Made by a program: the position numbers and the translations under genes
Shown: positions 1 through 8,799 of the stretch, piece after piece
How the letters are laid out: each line of letters starts with the position of its first letter
Numbering within the stretch: position 1 is the stretch's first letter
Notes under the pieces: generated by a model
Database searches by the model: none
Told to the model about the DNA's origin: nothing
The model's input: only the letters and a program-made list of their open reading frames with translations
Assembly (NCBI GenBank): GCA_046292385.1
Contig: JBKBRF010000030.1
Coordinates: 12,063-76,062 of the forward strand
DNA length: 64,000 nt
Source: Armatimonadota bacterium
GTDB taxonomy: Bacteria; Armatimonadota; SYMT01
Direction: 5' to 3'

Positions 1-2837
1 AGCGGGAGACCGGGCCGGCGCTCACCCTGAAGCAGGTGCACAGCGTCACCAGCCGGGACTACACGAACGTCGCCGGCGCCATCCGCCTGGCGCTCGCCGC
101 CTTTCCGGACGACGCCCAACGGAGACTGGTGCTCGTCTCGGACGGGAATGAAAACCTCGGGAGCGCGGTGCAGGAGGCGGCCGCCGCGGCTTCCGCGGAG
201 GTGCAGATCGACGTCGTGCCGGTCACCTACGAGTACCCCCGCGAGGTGCTGCTGGAAAAGATGGTCAATCCCAGCGAAGCGAAGGTGGGGGAGCCGTTCG
301 AGGTGCGGCTGATCGCGCGGAGCACGGTCAAGACCAGCTCCACCATCAACCTGCTCCGCAACGGAGAGCTGATCGCGCGGCAGCGGGTCGATCTGCTGCC
401 GGGTCCGAACGTCGTCACCTTCAAGCAGGCGCTCGAAGAATCTCGCTTCCACACCTACGAAGCGGTGATCGAGACCGGCAACGACGAGCTGGCGGAGAAC
501 AACCGGGCGCTCGGCTTCGTGCTGGTGAAGGGCAAGCCGAAGGTGCTGATCGTGGAGAGCAACCCGGCCGACGCCCGCTACCTGGCCGCCTCGCTGCAGG
601 GGCAGCAGCTGGAGGTCGACATCCGCGAGCCGGGCCGCCTGCCCGCCACGCTGGCGGAGTTCCAGACCTACGACAGCATCGTGCTGAGCAACGTGGGGGC
701 TTACCAGCTGACACCGGACCAGATGAAGGCGATCCGGAGCAGCGTACGCGATCTCGGCACCGGCCTGGTGATGATCGGCGGCGAGAACAGCTACGGACCG
801 GGCGCCTACAAGGGAACCCCGATCGAAGAGGCGCTGCCGGTCGACATGGACGTGCGCAAGCACAAGGTGATGCCGGTCGGCGCCGTAGCGATGGTGCTCC
901 ACACCTGCGAATTCCCGGACGGCAACCGCTGGGCCGCGGAGACGGCCGCCTCGGTGGTCGACGTGCTGGGCGAGCGGGACAAGGTCGGCGTGCTGCTCTA
1001 CGGCATGTCCGGCGAGCAGTGGGGCCTGCCGATGCAGCCGGCCGCCAACAAGGAGCGGATCAAGGCGCAGATCTACAACCTCGATCCGGGCGACGCGCCG
1101 GACTTCCACTCGCTGATGGACCTCGGCCACAAGGGCCTGATGACCGACGCGAGCGAGGCCGCCGTCAAGCACATGATCATCATCTCGGACGGCGACCCCT
1201 CGCCGCCGACTCCGGAGCTGCTGAACAAGATCCGGAAGGACAAGATCACCGTCAGCACCGTCGCGGTCTTCCCGCACGGCGGCGGCACCGGCACGCTGGA
1301 GAACATCGCGGCGGTCGGCAAGGGGCAGTTCTACAACGTCCGCCGCCCGGAAGAGATCCCGCGCATCTTCCTCAAGGAAGCGCAGCGGGTGCTGAAGCCC
1401 GCCATCATCGAGGAGACCTTCTCTCCGAACGTACTGCGGGACAGCCAACTCCTCTCCGGCATCCAGGGCGTGCCGCCGCTGATGGGATACGTCGCCACCA
1501 CCGCCAAGGAAGCGCCGAGCGTGGAAGTGGCGATGACCTCCAAGCGGGACGACCCGATCCTCGCCTCCTGGCGGTTCGGCCTCGGCAAGTCGGTCGCGTT
1601 CATGTCGGACGCCAAAAACCGCTGGGCCGCGCCGTGGGTCTCCGCCGGCACCACCTTCTCCCGCTTCTGGGCCCAGACGATCCGGTGGACCGTCCGCAGC
1701 ACCGCCCGCGCCAATCTCGACGCCAACGTGGAGATCGCCGAGCGGAAGGGGAGGGTGGTGATCGACGTCGTCGATCCGCAGGGCAACTTCATCAACATGC
1801 TCGACATCCGCGGCAGCGTGGCGGGAGACAACGTCTCGCCCTCTCTGCGGATCGACCAGACCGCCCCCGGCCGCTACGAAGGCACCTTCGAAGCTCCCGA
1901 GAAGGGGCAGTACATGGTCGCGCTGCGCTACACCGACAAAGACGGCACCCCGCGCATCCACCGCGTCGGCGCCGCGGTGCCGTACTCCAACGAGTACCGC
2001 AATCTCTCCGCGAACACGGCCACGCTGACCACCGTCTCGGAGCGAACCGGCGGACGCCTCTACCCGCCGCTGGGACCGGAGCGCCACGAGCAGGACCTCA
2101 CCCACGTCTGGCGGCATGACCGCCGCAGCCACACCTCGCCGCAGGATCTCTGGCCCTGGCTGGTGCTGCTGGGAGCGCTGCTGCTGCCGGTCGACATCGG
2201 TGTGCGCCGCCTGATGATGAGCCGCACGGAGTGGCTCGCGATCATGGACCAGATCCACGCCGCCACCTTCGGCAAGCTCGGAGGGGGGCGGACGGCGGAG
2301 AAGGTCGAGTCGACCAACCGCCTCCTGGGCGCCAAGGCACGCGCTGCCGGTCGGATTACCGAGGCGCCCGCGCCGGAGGCAGGCGGCGTGACCGAGCCGG
2401 CGGCAGCGCCCGCCGCGCCCGAAGCGCCCGCGCGGCCTCGCTACGAAGGTCCGGCGCGCAAGCTGCCGACGGTCGAGGGCGCCTCCACCGTCTCCCCCGC
2501 GCCGGGTGCGAGTGCGGCCCGCACCGGTCCGCTGCCGGAGATCGAGATCGCCGCTCCCACTGCAGCGGCACCGGTGCCGTCCGCGTCCACCGCTGCCGCC
2601 GAGAAAGCGCCCGAGCCGGCGAAGCCCGCCGCGCCGAAGCCGGCGGAGCCGCCGCGCGGCGGTGGCGTGGTGTGGCACAAGCCGGTGCCCGGCGTCGACC
2701 CGGCCGCCTCGTCCGCGCCGACGCCCCCCTCGTCCGAGCAGAAGAAGCCCGAAGCCCCTGCCGCGGACGGGGACGGCGACGGCTCGACCAGCCGCCTGCT
2801 GAAGGCGAAGCGGCGCGCGCGGGACCAGCAGGAGTAG
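1..2837 (+). CDS. vWA-domain / glutamine-amidotransferase-like (DUF1355-type) membrane protein, 5' truncated by the window edge
   Basis: Open frame from the window start. vWA-like LVSDG and IISDG motifs, GATase-like segment (GLVMIGGENSYGPGAYKGTPIEEALPV), late TM helix (LWPWLVLLGALLLPVDI) and Pro/Ala-rich tail. Confidence 0.8.
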   Translation, partial: RETGPALTLKQVHSVTSRDYTNVAGAIRLALAAFPDDAQRRLVLVSDGNENLGSAVQEAAAAASAEVQIDVVPVTYEYPREVLLEKMVNPSEAKVGEPFEVRLIARSTVKTSSTINLLRNGELIARQRVDLLPGPNVVTFKQALEESRFHTYEAVIETGNDELAENNRALGFVLVKGKPKVLIVESNPADARYLAASLQGQQLEVDIREPGRLPATLAEFQTYDSIVLSNVGAYQLTPDQMKAIRSSVRDLGTGLVMIGGENSYGPGAYKGTPIEEALPVDMDVRKHKVMPVGAVAMVLHTCEFPDGNRWAAETAASVVDVLGERDKVGVLLYGMSGEQWGLPMQPAANKERIKAQIYNLDPGDAPDFHSLMDLGHKGLMTDASEAAVKHMIIISDGDPSPPTPELLNKIRKDKITVSTVAVFPHGGGTGTLENIAAVGKGQFYNVRRPEEIPRIFLKEAQRVLKPAIIEETFSPNVLRDSQLLSGIQGVPPLMGYVATTAKEAPSVEVAMTSKRDDPILASWRFGLGKSVAFMSDAKNRWAAPWVSAGTTFSRFWAQTIRWTVRSTARANLDANVEIAERKGRVVIDVVDPQGNFINMLDIRGSVAGDNVSPSLRIDQTAPGRYEGTFEAPEKGQYMVALRYTDKDGTPRIHRVGAAVPYSNEYRNLSANTATLTTVSERTGGRLYPPLGPERHEQDLTHVWRHDRRSHTSPQDLWPWLVLLGALLLPVDIGVRRLMMSRTEWLAIMDQIHAATFGKLGGGRTAEKVESTNRLLGAKARAAGRITEAPAPEAGGVTEPAAAPAAPEAPARPRYEGPARKLPTVEGASTVSPAPGASAARTGPLPEIEIAAPTAAAPVPSASTAAAEKAPEPAKPAAPKPAEPPRGGGVVWHKPVPGVDPAASSAPTPPSSEQKKPEAPAADGDGDGSTSRLLKAKRRARDQQE

Positions 2838-2839
2838 TT

Positions 2840-4465
2840 TTGACAGGGCTGGCACGAGCGGCGGATGCACCCGCCGGGAAGAACGAACAGACCGCCGGGC
2901 GGCGCGGGTGGGCCGCGCTCCGGCGCACGGCACAGCTGGGCTGTGCCGCCCTCTCCGCGCTGCTGTTGAACCTGGCGTGCCCTCCCTACGACCTCGCCTG
3001 GCTCGCCTGGCCCGCCCTGGTGCCGCTCTTCCTGGCGCTGCTCCGCTTCGGTGCGCCGGAGGAGCCGGGCACCCGCGGAGCTCGCGCCGCGCGGATGCCG
3101 TTCGCTCTCGGCTTCACGTGGGGCTTCGTCTTCCTGCTCCTCCACGTCCCGTGGTTCGCCGGGTTCAGCCCGGCAGGATATCCGGTCGCGGCGGCGTACT
3201 GGGGCGTGCTCGGAGGGCTGGTCTGCCTCGCCGCCGTCACCATCCAGCGCGCCGCGCCGCTGCGGTGGACCCCCATGGTCTTTGCCTCCGCCTGGGTACT
3301 CTTCGAATGGCTGCGCGCACAGGGGACGCTCGCCTTCCCGTGGGGCACGCTCTCCGTGACCCAGTACCGGGCGCTCCCGCTGCTCCAGATGCTGGACCTC
3401 ACCGGCTCGTACGGCCTCAGTTTCCTGATGGCCCTCACCGCAGCGGGCGCTGCCTGCGCGGCGCTCTATCCGGGGAATGCCCCCGTCCGCAAGCTGCGGG
3501 TGGTAGGGGCGGGGTGGGCGGGCGTGGCCCTGCTGCTGGTGGCCGGAGGAGTGGTGCGCGGCAACTCGATCCTGGCGCAGCCCACGAATACCGAAGGCTC
3601 GGCGCGCGTGGCCGTGATCCAGGCGAGCCACTCTGTGAAGTCCAGCGGGGTCGAGGTGGTCACCGTCTCGCCTCCCGGGGAGTATGCTGCCCGCACCCGG
3701 GAGGCGATCCGGGCCGGGGCCGACCTGGTGGTGTGGCCGGAATCTGCCAGCCAGGAAGACGGCGTGAACGATCCGTACGTCCGGCAGCACCTGGCTGGGC
3801 TCGTCGCGGGCACGGAAACCCACCTCCTCGCCGGGAGCTTTATCGAGGACCTACCTTCCGGGATGCTGACCAACGCGGCCGCAATGTTCGCCCCGACCGG
3901 GGAGGTTACGGGCCAGTACGCAAAGGTCCTCATCGTCCCGTTCGGGGAGTACCTGCCGCTCAGGCCGCTGCTGAGCTGGACGGAGCGCCTCGGCATGCCC
4001 CCCAACGATCTTCGCGCCGGCACCGGCTGGAACCCGGTACCGTGGAGCGGCGGAGCGGTGGGAATCTCGATCTGCTTCGAGTCCGCCTTCGGCTACGTCT
4101 CTCGAGAGATGGTGAACCGCGGCGCGAACCTGCTGGCGGTGCTCACCAGCGACGGCTGGGCCGGCCGCTCCGCCGCCGGTCTCCAGCACGCCGCCTTCGC
4201 GCCGCTCCGCGCCGTGGAGACGCGGCGGTCGGTCGCCCGCGCCGCCGCCACCGGCGTCTCCCAGCTCCTCGACCCGCACGGCCGGCCGCTGGAGTCGATT
4301 CCGATGTTCACCAAGGGCTTCGCCGTCGCGGAGCTGCCGCTGCGCACCGACCTCACCCTCTACGCCCGCCTCGGCGACTGGCCGGTGCTCCTCGCCGCCG
4401 CCTGCCTCGCCCTGCTCGCGATCTCCGCCCGTCGACAATCCGCCAGAGGGGCCGTGAGGCATTGA
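2840..4465 (+). CDS. lnt: Apolipoprotein N-acyltransferase
   Basis: Multi-TM N-terminus with FPW motif, then nitrilase-fold motifs VVWPE, K..IVPFGEYLP, ICFES and RAVET. TTG start at 2840 after AGGAG (start inferred). Confidence 0.92.
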   Translation: MTGLARAADAPAGKNEQTAGRRGWAALRRTAQLGCAALSALLLNLACPPYDLAWLAWPALVPLFLALLRFGAPEEPGTRGARAARMPFALGFTWGFVFLLLHVPWFAGFSPAGYPVAAAYWGVLGGLVCLAAVTIQRAAPLRWTPMVFASAWVLFEWLRAQGTLAFPWGTLSVTQYRALPLLQMLDLTGSYGLSFLMALTAAGAACAALYPGNAPVRKLRVVGAGWAGVALLLVAGGVVRGNSILAQPTNTEGSARVAVIQASHSVKSSGVEVVTVSPPGEYAARTREAIRAGADLVVWPESASQEDGVNDPYVRQHLAGLVAGTETHLLAGSFIEDLPSGMLTNAAAMFAPTGEVTGQYAKVLIVPFGEYLPLRPLLSWTERLGMPPNDLRAGTGWNPVPWSGGAVGISICFESAFGYVSREMVNRGANLLAVLTSDGWAGRSAAGLQHAAFAPLRAVETRRSVARAAATGVSQLLDPHGRPLESIPMFTKGFAVAELPLRTDLTLYARLGDWPVLLAAACLALLAISARRQSARGAVRH

Positions 4466-4790
4466 AATACCTCGCTGGAAGGCCTTCGGCCAAGCGTCCT
4501 CCGGACGCCCAAACCCGACCCTGCTCGGTCCCCGGAGGGGTCGCCCATCCGGGGGATGAAACTTCGTGCCGTGGTTGCCGTGGTTTCAACCGCCCGGTGG
4601 CTGCGGGCGACTGTGTTCCCTGATCTGTGTTCCTTCTGTTGGCTCCTCTGTACTACTAACCGCGAGAATCTTGCCGGGACGCGCAAATTCTGCCGGTGGT
4701 CCTCGCGAGCGTGGACCTTGCGAAGCGGGAGGGGCCAGTCTCGAGGCGTCCTTGCTTCTCTTCGAGATGCAGTCTCGAGCCCGCAACCCG

Positions 4791-5364
4791 ACCCCGCGCC
4801 CTTGTGCCGGGAGGCAGCCCTCCCGCGACGCAGGCCCTCCGCGGCCTTTTCACACTCCGCTGCGCTCCGTTAGCAGGCCGCTGCGGGAGTAGGCTCCGGT
4901 AAGCTCATCCCGCGCCAGGAAGCGTCACCCGTGCCGACAGGGGAGCCCACGGGCTGCCTCCCGACCCTTCGAGCGACCACCCCTGGCCAGGGGTGGTCAC
5001 AACTGGCGCCCTCCGGGCGCCTCCGGTCTGAGCACGGTCGGCAGCCGACGGATTGCCCGAAGCCGGTGCCGACTACCGGCTTCGCGCCCCCGGGCGTGGG
5101 GATCTGCGGAGCCCGGAAGCGCTGCCGGAGGCAGGGCGGGAGGGGTTCACTTGTGACCACCCCTGGCAGGGGTGGTCGCTTGAGCCGCCTGGAGCGGCCC
5201 GTGAGTCGCCGCATTGCCACTACCGCAGGCCGCGAACGCGGAGCGCAGCCAACCGATGGGCACGCCCGGAGCAGTCCGCTAGCGGAGCCGCAGGCGGAGC
5301 GTGAAAGGACTGCGGGAGGGCCAACCACGCGGGAGGGCCGCTCCAGGCGGTGAGGGCGCGGGGT
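4791..5364. repeat. ~570-bp imperfect palindromic (REPIN-like) element, copy 1
   Basis: The left arm (4791-~5005) is an imperfect reverse complement of the right arm (~5148-5364). Internal hairpins GACCACCCCT..AGGGGTGGTC at 4975-4998 and 5155-5177. Homologous to 26029-26570. Confidence 0.85.
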
Positions 5365-5567
5365 GAACACCCGGAGCGATGACGGTCGCGCCGAGAGAAT
5401 CCTTCTCCCGCGGCCTTGAGCTTGGTTGCGGCATCAGCCGCGCTGTGTCGGTCTGTGTCTGGGTCCGGAACGTTCGTCGTACCGGCAATCGAGTTTACCG
5501 GCGCCGTGCTGCGGTTAATTCATCTGTGCGCGTTGGACGCTGCGGGGCAGCGGAGGAAAGGCACCAG

Positions 5568-6197
5568 ATGGATATCCGGATCGGAGTCGCCGTGGCGGCG
5601 GAAGACGGGAACGCCGGCCGCGTGTCGGGGATCATCCTGCATCCCGAGTCGCAGGAGGTGGAGGGGATCGTCGCGGAGCAGGGCGGCATGCTCGCGCACG
5701 ACGTCGTGATTCCGATCGAGCGGATCGTCTCTGCGGGAGAGGACGTGGTGCGCGTCCGCGGCACGGTCGACGAGATCTCGGAGTGCCCCGCCTTCGCGCA
5801 GAGCCAGTACGTCGAGCCGCCGGACGAGTGGATCCCGCCGCTCGGCGGTCCCCCCACCCATTACCTCTTCCCCGCGACCCCGTACTCGGTGGGAGCCTTC
5901 ACGTTCCCCTCGGTCCAGGGGGCGCCTCCGGAGCACGAAGTCGAGAACCTGGAGCCGGGCGACGTGGAGGTGGCCGCGGACACCCAGGTCTACCTGCGGG
6001 ACGGATCGACCGTCGGCCGGGTAGAGCGCGTCGTCACCGAAGGCGACTCCGACCGGGTGAGTCATCTCGTGGTGTCGCGGACCGCCGGCAAAGACGTGAT
6101 GGTGGGAGTCGACCGCGTGGCGCGGATGGGGGAAGACGGCATTCACCTGCAGTTGGACGAGGTCGAGCTCGACACGCTGCCGGCGGCGGCCGACTGA
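5568..6197 (+). CDS. Tandem PRC-barrel domain protein
   Basis: Two PRC-barrel-like repeats (V.A.DG.AGRV and VYLRDGSTVGRVERVV). ATG at 5568 after GGAGG. Confidence 0.8.
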   Translation: MDIRIGVAVAAEDGNAGRVSGIILHPESQEVEGIVAEQGGMLAHDVVIPIERIVSAGEDVVRVRGTVDEISECPAFAQSQYVEPPDEWIPPLGGPPTHYLFPATPYSVGAFTFPSVQGAPPEHEVENLEPGDVEVAADTQVYLRDGSTVGRVERVVTEGDSDRVSHLVVSRTAGKDVMVGVDRVARMGEDGIHLQLDEVELDTLPAAAD

Positions 6198-6206
6198 TCG
6201 TCCCCG

Positions 6207-6869
6207 TTATTCGCTCAGGTGCTTCCCGGCCTGGCCGAGCCATTCCTGGATCGGAAGCTCGAAGCCGGGGAGCACCTCGCCGCCGGTCAGCACGCCGTCC
6301 GCACCCAGCACCTCGCACTCCTCCGGCGAGGTGTAGCAGCGCACGCGCGGGATCTCCGGCTCCGCGATCCAGACCAGCCGCGTCCCCGCCGCGAAGTACT
6401 CCCTCAGCTTCCGCTGCATCTCCGCCTCGGTGTTGGTTGGGCTTACCACTTCCACTGCTAGGTCAGGTGCCTCGTGCCCGAACGATCCAGCTGGGAATGC
6501 GCGGTTCGGAAAGCGACTCCAGCGATAGAAGGAGACGTCCGGCTGCCTCACCAATCCCGCTCGCAGCCTGAGTAGCGCGTCCGCCCCCACAGCGAAGCCG
6601 AAGCCATCCCGTGCGCCCCACCCTTCAAGGATGTGGGCTAGCGCCATGGCGACGCGCGACTCATAGAATTCCATCGGCTTCTCCACGAGTGTCCCGTCCA
6701 CCAGTTCATAGAGTCTCCCGTCGACATCAGCGTGGCGTTCGAGGTCGGCTTCGCGAGCGGTACCCGGCGCGGGATGCGCCGCGATTCGCTCTAAGGGGAT
6801 CGAACCGAGTTCGCGCACCAGGTCCGCGAGGGTCGCGATGGTCTGCGGCGGTTCTAGGGTAAGTGTCAT
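6207..6869 (-). CDS. Uma2 / DUF820 family endonuclease-like protein
   Basis: Motifs YELVDGTLVEK, VRQPDVSF, APDLAVEVVSP, KLREYFAAGTRLVW and LPGFEL. Confidence 0.92.
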   Translation of the reverse strand: MTLTLEPPQTIATLADLVRELGSIPLERIAAHPAPGTAREADLERHADVDGRLYELVDGTLVEKPMEFYESRVAMALAHILEGWGARDGFGFAVGADALLRLRAGLVRQPDVSFYRWSRFPNRAFPAGSFGHEAPDLAVEVVSPTNTEAEMQRKLREYFAAGTRLVWIAEPEIPRVRCYTSPEECEVLGADGVLTGGEVLPGFELPIQEWLGQAGKHLSE

Positions 6870-6922
6870 GCGGCCACCTCAGGCGGGCTCCAACGGCTCG
6901 TGCTCCAATGAGATGATACCCA

Positions 6923-8533
6923 TCAGTCTCCAGGCGGGCAGATCAACGTGTCCTTTACCCAGTGGGCGTCGTCCCGCTCCGGGTGGTCGACGTTGAAGTG
7001 CAGGCCCCGGCTCTCCTTGCGGCGGAGCGCGCACTCGATGATGAGCCAGCCCGCCTCCGTGATGTTCATCAGCTCGAGCAGCTCCAGGGAGACGTGGCTG
7101 GTGCGGAAGAGGTTCTCCACGGCACTGCGGAGGATCTCCACTTCCCGCTTCGCCTGGCGGAGGCGGTGTTCCGAGCGGACGATGCCGACGTGGCTCCACA
7201 TGAGCGTCTGGATCAGCAGGCGGAGCTGCGCGACGAACTCCGGCGAGACTTCGGAGGCGCGGCGCTCCGGCTGGTTCGCTTCCACCCACGCGTCGGGATC
7301 GCTCGGCGCGCCGGCGTGCCCCTCACGCTCGAAGAGCGCCTGCGTGTCGGCGGCGGCGTGGTCGGCGAAGACGAGCGCCTCCAGCAGGGAGTTGCTGGCG
7401 AGACGATTGGCGCCGTGGACTCCGGTGCACGCTACCTCGCCGACCGCATAGAGCCGGTGGATCGAGGTGCGGGCTTCCAGGTCGGTCACCACGCCCCCGC
7501 AGCTGTAGTGCGCGGCGGGGACCACCGGGATCGGCTGCTGCGTGATGTCGATGCCGAACTCCAGGCAGCGGTGGTAGATGGTCGGGAACCGGTCCCGCAC
7601 CACCTCCGGCTCCAGGTGGGTCACGTCGAGCAGCACGTAGTCGTCGCCGGTGCGCTTCAGCTCGCTGTCGATCGCCCGCGCCACGATGTCGCGCGGCGCC
7701 AGGGACGCCAGCGGGTGATAGGCGTCCATAAACGGCGTTCCATCCCGCAGGCGCAGGATGCCGCCTTCGCCGCGGACCGCCTCGGAGATCAGGAACGAGC
7801 GCGCCTCCGGGTGGTAGAGGGTGGTGGGGTGGAACTGGATGAACTCCATGTTCCCGATGACGGCCCCCGCCCGGAACGCGATCCCGATGCCGTCCGCCGT
7901 CGCGATCGCCGGGTTGGTGGTGTGGAGGTAGACCTGCCCCGCGCCGCCGGTGGCGAGCACCGTGGCGTCGGCCAGGAGCGTCTTCACCTCGTCCGCCTGG
8001 GTGTCGAGCACGGTGGCGCCGAGGCAGACCGGGCGGCCGTCGCGCTCCTCCACGATCAGGTCGACCGCCGCGTGGTGCTCGTAGACGCGGATGTTCCGGT
8101 GCCGCTGGACCGCCGTCACGAGCGTCCGCTCGACTTCGCGCCCGGTCAGGTCCTTCGCGTGGATGATCCGGTTGCGCGAGTGGCCGCCTTCCCGCCCCAG
8201 GGAGAGCCGCGGCGGCTGGTCCGCGTGCTCGTCGGTGGTGAACTGCGCGCCCCAGGCGATCAGGTCGCGGACCCGGTCCGGACCTTCCAGCACCATCTGG
8301 GTCACCGCGTCCCGGTGACAGAGGCCGGCGCCGGCGGTCTCCGTGTCCTGGATGTGCAGCTCCGGGGCATCGTCCGCGGCCATTACCGCCGCGATGCCGC
8401 CCTGTGCGTAGTTGGTATTCGACTCGCTGTCCTGCTTCTTCGTCACGAGCGTGACGGAGGCGAGCTCTGCCGCCTTGAGCGCGTAGGTCAGCCCGGCCAC
8501 GCCGCTGCCGATCACCAGGACCGTGTTCTGCAT
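6923..8533 (-). CDS. nadB: L-aspartate oxidase
   Basis: Motifs IGSGVAGL, YAQGGIA, REGGHS, MEFIQFHPT, LAPRDIVARAI, AAHYSCGG, HGANRLASNSLLE and ESRGLH. Confidence 0.96.
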   Translation of the reverse strand: MQNTVLVIGSGVAGLTYALKAAELASVTLVTKKQDSESNTNYAQGGIAAVMAADDAPELHIQDTETAGAGLCHRDAVTQMVLEGPDRVRDLIAWGAQFTTDEHADQPPRLSLGREGGHSRNRIIHAKDLTGREVERTLVTAVQRHRNIRVYEHHAAVDLIVEERDGRPVCLGATVLDTQADEVKTLLADATVLATGGAGQVYLHTTNPAIATADGIGIAFRAGAVIGNMEFIQFHPTTLYHPEARSFLISEAVRGEGGILRLRDGTPFMDAYHPLASLAPRDIVARAIDSELKRTGDDYVLLDVTHLEPEVVRDRFPTIYHRCLEFGIDITQQPIPVVPAAHYSCGGVVTDLEARTSIHRLYAVGEVACTGVHGANRLASNSLLEALVFADHAAADTQALFEREGHAGAPSDPDAWVEANQPERRASEVSPEFVAQLRLLIQTLMWSHVGIVRSEHRLRQAKREVEILRSAVENLFRTSHVSLELLELMNITEAGWLIIECALRRKESRGLHFNVDHPERDDAHWVKDTLICPPGD

Positions 8534-8690
8534 CTGGTTGAGCGTTGGTCAGATACGAAAAGAGCCCGGCGGGAAGCCGGGCTGCAGAGATTATGACACC
8601 CGCTTGCTAAGCGCGTCAACTTCGGGAGGCGGAGCGACCGCCCGGCCGGCAGCCTGCCCGCAGAGGTAGAAAGGGCGGATGGGGGGCGCC

Positions 8691-8790
8691 AGTTGCAGGT
8701 TAGCAGGTTGACAGGTTGCAAGTTGCAGGTTAAGCCCTCCGGCGGCTGGGGTTCGGAACTTGAAACCTGCCAACCTGGAACTTGTTAACA
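8691..8790. repeat. Heptamer (CAGGTTG / CAACCTG) inverted tandem-repeat element
   Basis: gttgcaggttagcaggttgacaggttgcaagttgcagg followed by the complementary gaaacctgccaacctggaacttg. The same family occurs at 14433, 33193, 54308 and 56431. Confidence 0.85.
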
Positions 8791-8799
8791 GAATCGCAC

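Noticed and set aside
4466..4790. Short ORFs and weak REP-like remnants (gtccccggaggggtc, gccgtggtttcaaccgcccgg) after lnt
   Set aside because: The ORFs lack coding-like composition and the repeats are too degenerate to call from this window alone.
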